Source: Eledone cirrhosa
Taxonomy: Eukaryota
DNA: 64,000 nt
Reading direction: 5' to 3'
Assembly: GCA_964016885.1 (NCBI GenBank)
Contig: OZ024741.1
Coordinates: forward strand, 280,674,001-280,738,000
Of the stretch, positions 26,056-38,952 are shown in pieces (positions within the stretch are counted from its first letter, which is position 1; each line of letters starts with the position of its first letter). A model generated the notes under the pieces. That model was not told where the DNA came from. It worked only from the letters and a program-made list of their open reading frames with translations, and ran no database searches. The translations under genes and the position numbers were made by a program.

Positions 26056-26826
26056 TGAATAAAGTTAGTTCTTCATCAGTGATCTTCCAACCATCATTGG
26101 TATTTCATCGCTTTAAAGACCATATACCTCCGGTTGGTGCGAGCAACGGCTAAAAAAAGTCGTTGGGAAACGTAAATAAAGGGGACACGAGTGTAAACAA
26201 ACAAAGATGGCGAAGCAACGAAAAGTGAGGAAGAAGGAGTCAAGTCCCAAATTTCTATGAATTTAAATTCGGTGAAATCGTGAACGAGAGAGAATAAAGA
26301 CTATCAAACCTGGTTGGAATGTGAGCAAGGAAGGAATTCCGTACAGGTATAACGGGAGGAAGAAGGGATCTAGTCTGTGAATTCGGTGAACGTAAGTTCT
26401 GTGAAATCGTAGACGAGAGAGAGAAAAAAAGCGACCTGCCAGACCAAGGGTGCGAAAGAAAAGAATTACGCACAGGTCAAACGGGAAGAAGGAGGAGGAG
26501 GAGAGGTAGTAACAGAGAATGAGTGAGTGAATGGTGAGGAAGAGGCTAACAGAGAGAGTGACCGTTAGAGAGGGTAAAGATACAGAGAAAGAGGAAGCAG
26601 TAAGAACGAAATAGACGGGTCACAGCGGGGAAAAAAATATGTGTAAATATGAGAATAAACGTGCTGCGTGGCTGCTAATGGGTTACATATGAATAAAGTT
26701 AGTCCTTCATCAGTGATCTTCCAACCATCATTGGTATTTCATCGCTTTAAAGACCATATACCTCCGGTTGGTGCGAGCAACGGCTAAAAAAAGTCGTTTT
26801 CCCCCGCTGTGACCCGTCTATTTCGT
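26056..26826 (-). mobile_element. Retrozyme-like non-coding element: two ~109-bp direct repeats (26056-26164, 26690-26798), each with a permuted hammerhead, plus a short inverted junction
   Basis: Direct repeats 634 bp apart. 26797-26826 is the reverse complement of 26607-26636, a PLE-type inverted 5' junction. Starts at (TA)n. Confidence 0.7.
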
Positions 26827-26943
26827 AAAAACTTAAAACTAAAACTGAATACTAACCAATACTTATTACTCATTTTTACTTATTCCTAATTAAACTATTT
26901 TTCACTGGGAACAATTTGTCAGCATTTTCTTTTCCTTTTACCT

Positions 26944-27631
26944 ATATATATATAAACGGAAAAAATGAAACGAAATTTCATTTCCCACTCCTAGTACGGC
27001 TGTTACTTAAATATAAGTATGTACACGTACATACATATATGTATACAGACGTACAGTAGTATGTATATATATATATATATACATACATGCACACATATAT
27101 ATATGTACGTATGGATTCACCGAGCATTTATTATAATGCTCGGTGTGTTTGTAAACAAACATCCCGTATTAAGCCGTAGTGTCTAGCAACCATCGTTGCT
27201 CGTTTGTTCAACACTGACAAAGGAACGTTGTACTAGTTTCAAGCTTATTAGCTATCGTCAGCAACGTATACCTTCCTGCCAGATTGTTGAACGTATATTC
27301 TTACCTTATGCATATTAACGGCTGACGATAGCTAATAAGCTTGAAACTAGTACAGCGTTCTTTTGTCAGTGTTGAACAAACGAGCAACGATGGTTGCTAG
27401 ACACTACGGCTTAATACGGGATGTTTGTTTACAAACACACCGAGCATTATAATAAATGTTCGGTGAATCCATACGTACATATATATGTGTGCATGTATGT
27501 ATATATATATACATACTACTGTAAGTCTGTATACATATATGTATGTACGTGTACATACTTATATTTAAGTAACAGCCGTACTAAGAGTGGAAAATGAAAT
27601 TTCGTTTCATTTTTTCCGTTTATATATATAT
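26944..27631. repeat. Near-perfect palindrome (arms 26944-27262 / 27321-27631) containing a hammerhead core
   Basis: The arms are reverse complements with few mismatches; (TA)n at both ends. Confidence 0.9.
27317..27359 (+). ncRNA. Minimal type I hammerhead ribozyme (PLE type)
   Basis: aacgg-CTGACGA-tagctaataagctt-GAAA-ctag-TA-cagcgtt, with palindromic stem III ACTAGT and a GUA cleavage triplet. Confidence 0.7.
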
Positions 27632-27679
27632 ATATATCCGCAGCGCCCTTATTTTCATATATATATATATAATATATAT

Positions 27680-27713
<34 letters not shown>

Positions 27714-28299
27714 TCTGCCAGTCCCCCCCCCCCTTTCCCTTCAATCCTTCGGGAAATGTCTTTTCTATGAGGGAGTCAGGCCATGAAAGAAGAAATATTT
27801 CCTTTGCACATACAAACACTTGTTTGAATAGATTAACAGATTAAATACTTTGTTCCTTTTATTATCATTATTGTTTTCTTTACTTTTTTTTTTTTGTTGT
27901 TTTGCAAGCATTATATAATTTAATTGAAATTTATTGAATAAATTACTCTTTATCAATTATTAATATTTTTTAAATGTTAATGTAAGTAAACCAACATTGA
28001 ATTAGCAGTATCGGTAGAGCGTCGGATATCATGCTTCGCTGCATAGAGTTCTGAGTTCAAAGCTAGGTTAGCTTTGCCTTTAATCCTTACGGGATCGATA
28101 AAATAAAGTACCAGTAACATACTGGATCGATTTAATCGACTATCTCCTCCTCCAAAATTGTTGGCCTTGTGCATAAATCAGAAACCAAAGCACCAGTAAT
28201 GCAGTGGAATAATTGCTGGCCTTGTGCCCAAAGTAGAAACAATTATTTCAATGCTGGCTTGTTTGTTTATAGCGGGGAAATGAACCTGCTGCTTATTAA

Positions 28300-28307
28300 T
28301 GACGTCA
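28300..28307. promoter_or_regulatory. Full palindromic CRE site upstream of the TEX36-like gene
   Basis: TGACGTCA 90 bp upstream of the ATG at 28398. Confidence 0.4.
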
Positions 28308-28397
28308 CCATCAACTGTCGTCTGCAGCTGTCGGCGTTTTCACTAACTTTTAACTTGAGACAACAACTAACTACTTTTTATCCTGATTTCAATTAAT

Positions 28398-28445
28398 ATG
28401 ATCAAGAAAAGGATTAAAATACCAACTTCTAATGAATTTGACTGG
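28398..28445 (+). CDS. TEX36: TEX36-like (HDNR domain) protein, exon 1
   Basis: MIKKRIKIPTSNEFDW followed by a gtatga donor, phase 0. Resembles the TEX36 N-terminus MxKxRRxxP......W. Confidence 0.7.
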
Positions 28446-29183
28446 GTATGAATATTGATGTTTTTTGGGTTTTTTTGTTTTTGTTTTGGTAATTACAAAA
28501 TAGACAATAGCAGAAGGAGGGAGAGAGCGAAAAAGAAAGATAGACAAGGAGAGATAGGGGGGAACTTAAAAAGAGTATTTTATTGAATCTGTTATTCTAT
28601 TTATTTTTTTTAATTCTGTCGTGTTTCTTTCTATTCTCCTTTATCATGTGTTATTTATTACAGAGAGTAGTTTTTACTTAATTATGCATTGATCGGCAGA
28701 AAATATAAACAATACACATCTATCTTATTATCTATTTATCTATCAATCTAATTATCTATTTATCCAGCCTGTAGGTTGAGGAAAAAGAGGAAGAGAGGAA
28801 AGGGGATACTCACTCTTCGTACTCCTGCACATTTTTTCGGGGGTATGTGTTACCCATATGTAATGTCTCCCCCTATTGGGGAAAATCGATTGTTTTTTAA
28901 ATTGCATTTGTGATAGTATTTTACACGTTTTTATTGTATGTAAACTTCCCCTTTTGTATTTTCCCCTTTCTTTTGTGCCCCTGTGGCTAATAAAGAAACA
29001 TATCTATCATGTGTGTGTAATTCTTTCGTAACCTCGCGATATCGTTATCTTTTGTTCTGGCAGCGGTTTGTTTGTCCAACCCTTTCGCTTGCCTGTTATA
29101 TGTGGTCCTAGATGTATGTATTACCTGCTTTGTATATATTATAAGTGTTTGTGTTTTCGTTCTATAACCATTATTTTATAATA

Positions 29184-30176
29184 TCTATATATATAAAGTT
29201 GTAGTTCCTGTTTGTTTGTTTGTTTTTTTTGTTTGTTTGTTCATGAACTCCTCCTATGGTTTTGGAGATAGACCCCCAAAACCATATATATTCTGAAACT
29301 ACATTGCCCAGGGCACTTGGATAAGTATATTTGATTTTAATCAAAGGGTTCCCCGGGGGAAAAAACCCCCGTGGAAATTTTTTTCCCTTCGATTTATATG
29401 AAATTTAAACCATAAGCAAATGACAAGATTCACAACATTTCAGCAAATTTCAATAATATTAAGACACCCTAATGGGGGTTAAACCCCCTATAGTGAAAAT
29501 TTTGGCTAATAAGTGGAACAAGATGTGTTGTAACAAGATTGCATGAGAACTTGATTGAAGCAACCATTATATTCGGGGCTTACAAAGTCAAGCTCTTCTC
29601 ATTCCAAGGATTCCACTTATACCAAGTGATAGCGAGTTGCCTTTTACATTTAAGAGGCTGAAGTTCCAAGTGAGGCCATGCTTTGCCACGAGCAACAATA
29701 AGAGTCAACGTCAAACTTTCAAAACTATTGGGATAGATCTGACAAACCCATGTTTCAGTCATGGCATGTTTTATGTGGCTGTTTCAAGGACTGGAACTTC
29801 AAAAAATCTCTACATTTTAGCCAATCAAGAAATGTTGTTTACCCTGAAGTTCTTCATTAGGACAAAGTATGAAATATATTTTCATGTATTTATTATGTTA
29901 AAAAATAAATAATTAAACTTTGAATTTCTAATTTGAAAATAATGCTTTACACAAAAATGAAATGTTCAAGTTTTGAATTGATATTTTGAAAAAAATTATA
30001 TACAAGAAACAAAATAAGAATAAGATTTAATAATGTATTCCAATTTTTCATGCATTACATTGAGTAATATTGAAATGCAGAGTTTTTCTCCATAAATTAT
30101 ATCACTGATTTAAAATCAATCATTTTCTTACAAAAAAAATGTGTGAAACGCAGCAAGGCGCGAGTAATTCGGCTAG
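29184..30176 (+). mobile_element. Non-autonomous Helitron with a helicase remnant
   Basis: A|TC 5' end, CTAG|T 3' end preceded by a GC-rich segment. Internal FKRLKFQVRPCFA..NKSQRQTF..IGIDLTNPCFSHGMFYVAVSR. Confidence 0.85.
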
Positions 30177-30270
30177 TTTTTATTATAAAACTGTAAATAA
30201 AAGACACTCGGACCAGATTCGCCACTTTCACCCACCTTTCAACAAACTTACTAGAAGACAGCACTTGCCT

Positions 30271-30440
30271 TCGAACCTTGAGCTGATCAATAGCGAAACA
30301 CGCGTCACCAATCAATAAACGTAATGAAGGCTTAACAAATCGTCCTTGTAATAATAATAATACAAGGACGATTTGTTAAGCCTTCATTACGTTTATTGAT
30401 TGGTGACGCGTGTTTCACTATTGATCAGCTCAAGGTTCGA
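30271..30440. repeat. 80-bp-arm palindrome with a partial hammerhead core
   Basis: Arms 30271-30350 / 30361-30440 around (aat)n. Contains GAAA-cacgcg-TC; the CUGANGA half is degenerate. Confidence 0.8.
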
Positions 30441-30639
30441 TCTGGCCCGACTCTGGAATCAAAAGCTTGTCGGACCTCTGTTGTCGGACCTCTGTAGCAA
30501 TGACAGAATGGTTTGTAGGTGGCTGTGTGGGTAGTTGTGGTGTATCTATGCATCCATTACATATGTATAGATTGGAGGTAGGCTTTCAATCTCCTTTATG
30601 TTAAGTTTAAAACATTTTAATTCTGTCATTTTAATTCAA

Positions 30640-30975
30640 TGTGCGTGAAAGGCCAAGCATAGACGAGTTGAGAGAGAAACTGTGTATAAGAGGGATAAGC
30701 TGTAGTGTGTGGGAAAGAAGACTGCATTGGTATGGACATGGAGGATGACCGCTGGGTAAAGAAGTGCCAAGAAATCCCAGTAGAAGGAAGACGCAGTAGA
30801 GGAAGACCACGAAAAACATGGGTGGAGGTGGTGAGAGCTGACCTCAGATCGCTGAAGCTCACAGAGGAGATGACACAGGACTGTGACGAATGGAGAGATG
30901 CTGTGCTGAATAGGAACTGTCCCACCCTTGGGAGCAGGGAAAAGCAGATGTAAAATGATGATGATGATGATGAAA
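30640..30975 (+). mobile_element. RTE LINE 3' fragment
   Basis: RWVKKCQEIPVEGRRSRGRPRKTW.EVV..DL followed by a (gat)n tail. Confidence 0.8.
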
Positions 30976-32424
30976 ATGATGATTATATGTACTGGCAGTA
31001 GTACAAGATAGAGTTAAGCATAATAGGGTATATATGAAAGCATATACTATATGTTTGTATGCCATAAACATATGGGAGCCTCGTCACGAAAAAATATTTT
31101 TTCTTTGTTAGCGAGGCTCCCATATATTTATTGCATATAAACATGAATTATATGCTTTCAAAATTCAAAGAACCAAATCCAGAAAGGACTTAATAAAAGT
31201 TACATATATGCATATATATATATATATTTGTGGACAGATCATTGTGAACATTTGAAGTAAACTAATTACTAGAAGATAGAGCAATGTAAATGTGGTTGGT
31301 GTTAGGAAAGGCATCCATAGAAAACCTACCAGAAACAGTTCTGTAGAGAGCGAGACACTGATCAATCTTGCCTCAAGTAGCACAAAATCGTCCAACCCAT
31401 GCTAGTGTGGAAGATGGAGATTAAACGATGATGATGATGATATATATATGTGTGTGTGGGTGTGATGTATGTTTTAGATATTTTCTAAATCATTACTGCA
31501 TGTCAAGTGTTAATCAAGAACAATATTTATCACCAATCTCATTTATTATTCTGAATTGCTGTATAGAATGACACAAAGCTTGCTTTATGTATAAATTCAC
31601 CTTTAGGGCTAACTGACTACATAGGTATTTAGAGCAGTTCTCAGAAATGGCCAAGACTATCCAGGCATGTCACTACTTGTTATCAACAGAAGCTCTAATC
31701 CTATATACCACAGTGCTCAGAATTAAATGACCCGTGAATATCTCTTATTCTCACCCTCTCCTTCCTTCCCTGCTGTGTTTATGTTGTTTAAATCAAAGTT
31801 AGCTTTCATCAAGAATATTTTTAATCAAAGATATTCCAAGTACAACATTATCCAATGTCTCTGTCTATCTCATTTTTAAGATGGCAAAATGTAATTTGAG
31901 GATGATTTAGCAGCTATTTCTAGCATGTCAAGCAACCTTGCAAAAGTTCTCATTGACTTGTGCAGATATGGTGTCATTTAGCTCCAAGTCATCACTGATT
32001 GAATCGATTTCTGATCAAAGCACTTCAACTATGACCATTTCGACTTATTGTGTCCTTCCTTTTTTAACATGATTGGTGTGGTGTGGTTTGAAGGGAATTT
32101 GGCTGCCCTTCTAGGGCATTAATGTAAAGGCTCCCTCATTGACTATAGGCCAGTTATATGTCAACCAGTCTAGAAAGCTTAATAAAAACACTTATTAAAA
32201 TAATTTAGGTTGAATGCTTTGTAGTATTCATTCCAGTTCTCTGAGCTCTGAGTTTAAATCCTGCCATGGTCAACTTTGCCTTTCATCCTTTTGAGGTCAG
32301 TAAAATGCAGTACCAGTCCCATACCGGGTTCTACCCCCCCCCTCATCATCATCATCATCATCACTGTTTTATGTCTATTTTCCAGACTTGCATGAATTTG
32401 TCATATGTTCCATTTTTACATGGT

Positions 32425-32876
32425 TTGAGCTGGGTACATTTTATAGAGGCACCAGCACTACCACTTTACAGTGTGAGCTGGGTACATTTTATAGTGGCAC
32501 CAGCACTACCACTTTACAGTGTGGGCTGGGTACATTTTATAGTGGCACCAGTACTACCACTTTACAGTGTGAGCTGGGTACATTTTATAGTGGCACCAGC
32601 ACTACCACTTTACAGCGTCGGCTGCATGATTTTATTGCGGCACTAACACTAAAGCTTTATAGAGTGGGTAGACGGCATTTTATTATGGCACTAATACTAC
32701 CACTTTACAGTGTAATACCAGCACTATCACTTAACAGAGTGGGCTGCATATATTTTGTGGCACCAGCACAATCGATTTACAGGGTGACAGGGTGGGGTGC
32801 ATGTATTTTGTGACACCAGCACTACCACTTTATAGTGTGGGATGGGTACACTTTATTGTGGCACCAATACTACCAC
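32425..32876. repeat. 48-bp minisatellite
   Basis: Unit gagctgggtacattttatagtggcaccagcactaccactttacagtgt, about 9 progressively diverged copies. Confidence 0.85.
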
Positions 32877-32900
32877 TAGTATGTATATTTATCATTTTAG

Positions 32901-33047
32901 TATTGCCTCCAGGGAAAAGAGTCAGGCAACATTGATCATTGCACTGAAACTGAAACTTCCACAAGAATTATGCAAGCAGAACCATTCCAGAAATTATCAA
33001 TAGAGAGGGGACAAAACCAACTTCTACCATTTCAACAAAAAGCATCA
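32901..33047 (+). CDS. TEX36: TEX36-like protein, exon 2
   Basis: ttttag acceptor (alternative in-frame ccag at 32912), gtaggt donor, phase 0/0. YCLQGKESGNIDHCTETETSTRIMQAEPFQKLSIERGQNQLLPFQQKAS. Confidence 0.7.
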
Positions 33048-33469
33048 GTAGGTATTATTTTTTTTTCAGTAATGTACTGGGTAATTGCTGGCCTTGTGCC
33101 AAAAGTAGAAACAATTATTTTTTAAAAAATTGTAACAAGAGATTAATAGTTAGCACCATGTAGTATGAAACTGGAACCACCTGGTACGAGATTAGCATTG
33201 AGTAATATCAGGTTAGTACAATGTGGTACTATGTAATACTAGGTTTCAGCCATTATGCAAGGCTGTATAAACTATTAAACAAAATAACACGTTTAAATCA
33301 TCAATGGAAAAGGTTCACCATTGTCAGATTTACTATGGAGCATGTAGGGCAGCTGAATTAAAGTGCACAAAAAGGGGGTCAACAACTAGTACAAAAAAAA
33401 TATATATATATATATATACGTGTTAAGTATTTCCGTAGAAAAGGTAAAGGAAAGAAGAGTGCTCTATGT

Positions 33470-33720
33470 TATTTAATTATGTAATAAACAACACAATATA
33501 ATTATTCCATTAGCCAAGGTTTCACGAAGTCAGACGATTCTAACAGAAACGTCTGATATCGCTCATCAGAAGGAATCTTTATTTTGGATATCTTTATTTT
33601 ATCCAAAATAAAGATTCCTTCTGATGAGCGATATCAGACGTTTCTGTTAGAATCGTCTAACTTCGTGAAACCTTGAGTAATGGAATAATTATATTGTGTT
33701 GTTTATTACATAATTAAATA
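33470..33720. repeat. 121-bp-arm palindrome with a hammerhead in each arm
   Basis: Arms 33470-33590 / 33600-33720. Confidence 0.9.
33614..33686 (+). ncRNA. Type I hammerhead ribozyme
   Basis: attcctt-CTGATGA-gcga...agacg...cgtct...tcgt-GAAA-ccttgag-TA-atggaat. Stems I and II pair; stem III is minimal. Confidence 0.7.
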
Positions 33721-34491
33721 TGTGTGTGTGTGTGTATAAATGGATGAACAAGAAAATAAGACGAAGCAAGATGTTATGTGTTACCTTATTTATTTATCTG
33801 TCCTGATATTTCGAGATAAAATCTCTTCTTCGGAGGGAAACAGTAGAATTGACCATCAACCGCTAAGAGAATATATACTTATTTCTAGGTATTATGGTTT
33901 CACAGTGGAAATTATGAATGAGAGTTGGAAATTAACACTAAAAATTACAAATCAAAAATCAAAAAAAAGTTACAAGTTAGAATCTAGATTGAAGTAAGTA
34001 AAAAATATATATGTACATATGATAACTAATAAATAGGGAGATGTTATAGTAAGAATTTTGAAAGTGGGATCAATCTTACAGATATATTATCTACATATTG
34101 AATGATAGTACCGTACAGTGCTTAATTTAGGAGTAGTACATGCTTAATTTAGAGGTAGTAGTCAGACCTATTGATACTCATACTCTCCCACCCCACTAGC
34201 TTTTGGCCAACTGCCACTAACAGGGTGGCTAACAGTAAGCTGTAACCGTGTCATATTACAGGCCTGGATGGGGTCATTGTTTGGTTGAGAGGAGGACCTG
34301 CCTAGACGAGTTTCGTAGAACGCTGCGGTAGTTGATGGTCAACTTCCTTCGGACTTGCGCCTGCGCAGACTGGTGGGGGTGAATTGGGACTCACAAGGGA
34401 ACGGGCGAAGAACTCAAGAGCACACGCTTTGTTCGTTCCCATGTTGATTCAATTTGGATTGCCTCGGAAACATAACCTTATTATGTAACAA

Positions 34492-34566
34492 GCTGTCTGA
34501 TGATGTCACGGCACTGGGCGCACCGAACCGTGTGGCCACTGTTGTCATTGAAATATGTATCACAGC
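34492..34566 (+). ncRNA. Type I hammerhead ribozyme
   Basis: gctgt-CTGATGA-...-GAAA-tatgta-TC-acagc with a perfect 5-bp stem I. Confidence 0.65.
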
Positions 34567-34673
34567 ATTATTATTAAAGGACATCTGAAATTACTTCGCT
34601 TTCTTATTCTATATATATTATATATATATATATATAGAAAGATTTGAATGGATACAGTTTAGTTGAAAGGAAT

Positions 34674-34794
34674 TTATTGACACGTGTTTCTATAACAGTT
34701 ACATAACCTGAAAACAGCTGCTATCTACAAAGTTTTAGTTTTGCAGACATTCAATATTTCAATGTTATTATTTACTGTCATTTCATCAGAATAA
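34674..34794 (-). ncRNA. Type I hammerhead-like motif with a long stem II insertion
   Basis: Minus strand ttatt-CTGATGA-(~90 nt)-GAAA-cacgtg-TC-aataa, with palindromic ACACGTGT stem III. Confidence 0.5.
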
Positions 34795-35346
34795 TATTAC
34801 TGAGGACCTATTTAGTTTTTATAGAGAATATTAGGAGGGAGGGGTGAAGTTGTTAGAAGAATAGTTGAAGGAGTGGTTTTTCGATAGCAGTGAGAATTCT
34901 TGGTGGCAGTGAGTAATTAGATTCCCATCTGTTGTTTTGACATTTTTTATAGAATATATTATTGGTTATTTTTCTAAATCTATAGAAGGATTAGAGATAG
35001 TAAAGATATGCGTGGTTGGTTTTGTGTTTGCACTTAATTAACATTCAGACTTAAATTTTTCTTTCAAGTGTACGTATCCTTTCACCCACGCATTCACACA
35101 CAAATATATTTGCACACCTCTACAAAATACATATACTCACAATTCACATATTCATACTTACATACATATACACATGCATACACATATATATACACACATG
35201 TATTCATGTACATACATACGCGCTCATGTGTATACATTTTCATACTCAACTTATCTTTATATACACACGTATAGACACACACATATATACATACATACTC
35301 TAGTCCATGTGTACACACATACACATACATACACATCTATATACAC

Positions 35347-35383
<37 letters not shown>

Positions 35384-35596
35384 AGCACTTTAATACATGA
35401 ATACACTTACATCTAACTATACACATCAAACATATATATATATTTACTTATTTATATACATTTTCACATATATATACATACTTATGGACGTTTTTAGACA
35501 CATTCATTATCGCATATTTGCACCTATTCTCATCAGCATATCTTTCCATTATTAGTGTGGTAATTTAAGGTTATTAATATATGTTGAGAAGAGATT

Positions 35597-35716
<120 letters not shown>

Positions 35717-35717
35717 C

Positions 35718-36113
35718 TTACCTAAATACATAGTAAAACCTACTACAGCCAGTAGGCATCTCTAACAAAATACACCCCCGTACCCCCCCCCCACCCCACC
35801 CCCCACCCTCCTATGTAAAGTTATGTTGGTGCCACAACATCCAGGCCGAAACAAATGAGATCGTGTAGGTGTCACGACAAAAAAACACACAGTCCACGCT
35901 GTAATGTGGCCGTGTAGGCAACACGGTAAAAACCTCCCAGACCCACACTGTAAATGTGGTTGGTGTTAGGAAGGGCATCCAACTGTAGAAAACCTGCCAG
36001 ACAGTCCTATGTGAGCAAGACAATCACTCTTGCCTCAAGTGGGAATACCCCCGTCCAAACCCATGCAAGCGTGGAACACGGACGTTAAACGTTGATGATG
36101 ATGATGATGATGA
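35718..36113 (+). mobile_element. 3' UTR fragment of the RTE LINE family also at 41990-42755 and 62130-63133
   Basis: High similarity from ttacctaaataca..gtaaaacctactacag through to the (gat)n tail. Confidence 0.8.
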
Positions 36114-36680
36114 TGTATATATATATCTTTTCCTTGACCACTTATTCCTGAGAGGGTCATGAGGGCAGAGTCCTCAAACACTCCCTCCAGTGGGTCCTGT
36201 CAGAAACAAACGTCTCCAAGTGATCCGGCTGGATCCCCAAGCATGACCCAGCCATCATGGATGTTATCCAACAATCTTAAGAAAACTCTCACAACTCAGT
36301 GACATAGCTATGACTAGGCGAGTAAAGGCCGCCTCTAAATAACCCTAGTCTTGGCGGGTTTGACAAAGTACCAGATTAGTGACTGGTGCGAATAAGACCA
36401 CCAAAACTGCAGTATGGTGAGGAATACAAAGAAAAACCATACCGCATGGGTTAACAAAGGACACGTCCAGGCTTGTTCCAAAACAGGGGCCTGTTCTAAA
36501 AATATATTGCAGTCTCTATTTCATGCCGCAAAAACTGGCGATGAGACTGTGACCTATCCTGGGAGGCGTGGGATGGACACACAAAGATTGCGCATCCCGA
36601 GACCCAGAAGAGGGTCCAGAAGGGAGCAAACCGTAACAGCTGAATATATCATCATCATCATCATCATCATCATATATATA

Positions 36681-37260
36681 TATATTAGTAAAAAGGAAAA
36701 GAAAATGCTGACAAATTTTTCCCAGTGAAAAATAGTTTAATTAGGAATAAGTATAAATTAGTAATAAGTATTAGTTAGTATTCAGTTTTAGTTTTAAGTT
36801 TTTACCGGTTGCGCATTTCTTATGCTTTTCAAAAAACATTCACGTGACTTCTACCGACCAATCAAAATTGTTTTGACTACAAGAATTTTTGCAACACGAA
36901 TTTGACTACAAATTTTTGCAACACAAATTTATAGTGCTTATTCACATGACATTCAACAACCAACCAAATTTTAATACTTTCCAAGCCACTTTTTTCACAT
37001 AAAACAGGAAGAATTTCCAAAACTGATCAGATTAGAGCAAAAAATCACGAGCACTCTATCTCAAAATTATTTTTGAAAAGCATAAGAAATGCGCAACCGG
37101 TAAAAACTTAAAACTAAAACTGAATACTATCTAATACTTATTACTGATTTATACTTATTCCTAATTAAACTATTTTTCACTGGGAAAAATTTGTCAGCAT
37201 TTTCTTTTCCTTTTTACTAATATATCACAACTCGTGTGTCACACCTCTATTTTTTTAAAT
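36681..37260. mobile_element. Non-coding foldback derivative of the PLE pLTR
   Basis: Inverted arms about 36681-36835 / 37070-37224 homologous to the pLTR end at 13950-14105 and 20250-20404. Has the same tail (gtgtgtcacacctctatt) and (TA)n flanks. Another fragment at 26826-26943. Confidence 0.85.
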
Positions 37261-37279
37261 ATATATATATATATAAATA

Positions 37280-37323
<44 letters not shown>

Positions 37324-37630
37324 TAAATATATATATATAAATATATATATATATGAATATCATCATCCTCATCATCATCATTTCATTTTACGTCCGCTTT
37401 TCCCTGCTTGCAAGGGTGGGACGGGAACTGATTCTGGCTTGATTTCTACTGATGGATGCCCTTCCTAACACCAACCTCATTTACAGTGAGTGGTGGGTGC
37501 TTTTTTGCTGTGGCACCTCCACGACCACTTTACAGTGGAATGATAGGGACCCCAGTCCCTATCATCTCATTTCTACAGCTCAGTAAACTGGAGCAATGTG
37601 AAATAAAGTGTCTTGCTCAAGGAAACAACA

Positions 37631-37701
<71 letters not shown>

Positions 37702-37789
37702 GAAGTATTTCCGTTGGAAAGGTACAGGAAAAAAGAGTGCTCTATGTAGGCTACAAAGCTTATTAGTTATGTAATAAATAAATAAATAA

Positions 37790-38610
37790 TGAAATTATTG
37801 TGTAAAGTGCTCAGGTGCACTACAACTCGTCAAAGGTGTATGTATAGTACATAGAATAATACACAAATGTCAGGGAAGTGAATAGTGTATGAGTCATGGT
37901 ATACATGTGTGTATGTGTATGGAGGGTGAACATTAGCTGTAGTGTTGGCGGATCTTGGGAAGCATGGAGGCCTTAAAGGATGCAGTGTCTCAACAGCTAA
38001 CAACTGATGCAGGTAGTTTGTTCCATGCTTCAGCAACTCTGAGCGTGAAAAAATGTTTCCGAAAGTCATGGGAACTGTGCTGTTTTCTTACTTTGTTGGC
38101 ATGTCCACGTGTGTTAGACACATGGAAATCAAAAATATACTCAGGGTCGTTGTTGGCAAGATGGTTAACAATTTTGTGGGTGTTTACCAAGTCAGTTGCC
38201 AGGCGTCGGAGCTTCAATGTATCCATGCCCAGGGAAGCAAGGCGCATAGAGTATGGTAGATGCCTGATGGAGGGTATTCGCTTGGTTGCACGTCTCTGAA
38301 CAGTTTCCAGGCGGTCAATTTTCTGAGCAAGATAGGGGTTCCAGACTGGTGATGCAAATTCTAAGTGTGGCCGCACCATAGCTGTATACAGCCTTAAATA
38401 GATATCTGGAGAGCGGCTGACAAAGGTCTTGCTGAGTGATGCTAAGCCACCCTCGGCCCTCTTGACAATTTTAGAGACGTGCTTCGTCCAACGCAAATCG
38501 CTGCTGACCATAATGCCCAGGTCACGTTCACAAGAAGACTTCTTGATATTAGTGTTGTGGAGGGAGTATGTGGACGCAGGGTTTTTACTCCCAAAATGAA
38601 TAAACAACAT
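37790..38610 (-). mobile_element. CR1/L2-group LINE 3' fragment
   Basis: ERDLGIMV...LYTAMVRPHLEFASPVWNPY...LETVQRRATK...Y..RL..LG..TL..RR...DL...NTRGH. Confidence 0.85.
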
Positions 38611-38840
38611 AAGATAATTATTTCATTTATCAGTGGTTTCTTGAAGTTATATCTGTCTTCAGTCGCCAGAATATATATATATCATCACTATTTAGCACTT
38701 TCCCTGCTAGAAATGGTTGGACGGGTCTTCACAGACCAAGTTAGTACAGAACACTAGGGAGGTTGTCACGTCCTTGACACAACTGAAGAGTCCTCTCAAC
38801 CCTTTGTTTGACAAACTTTATATATATATATATATCTATA

Positions 38841-38911
<71 letters not shown>

Positions 38912-38913
38912 TA

Positions 38914-38952
<39 letters not shown>

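Noticed and set aside
32266-32813. Repeat-containing proteins (126 and 141 aa ORFs)
   Set aside because: Artefact of the 48-bp minisatellite inside an intron.
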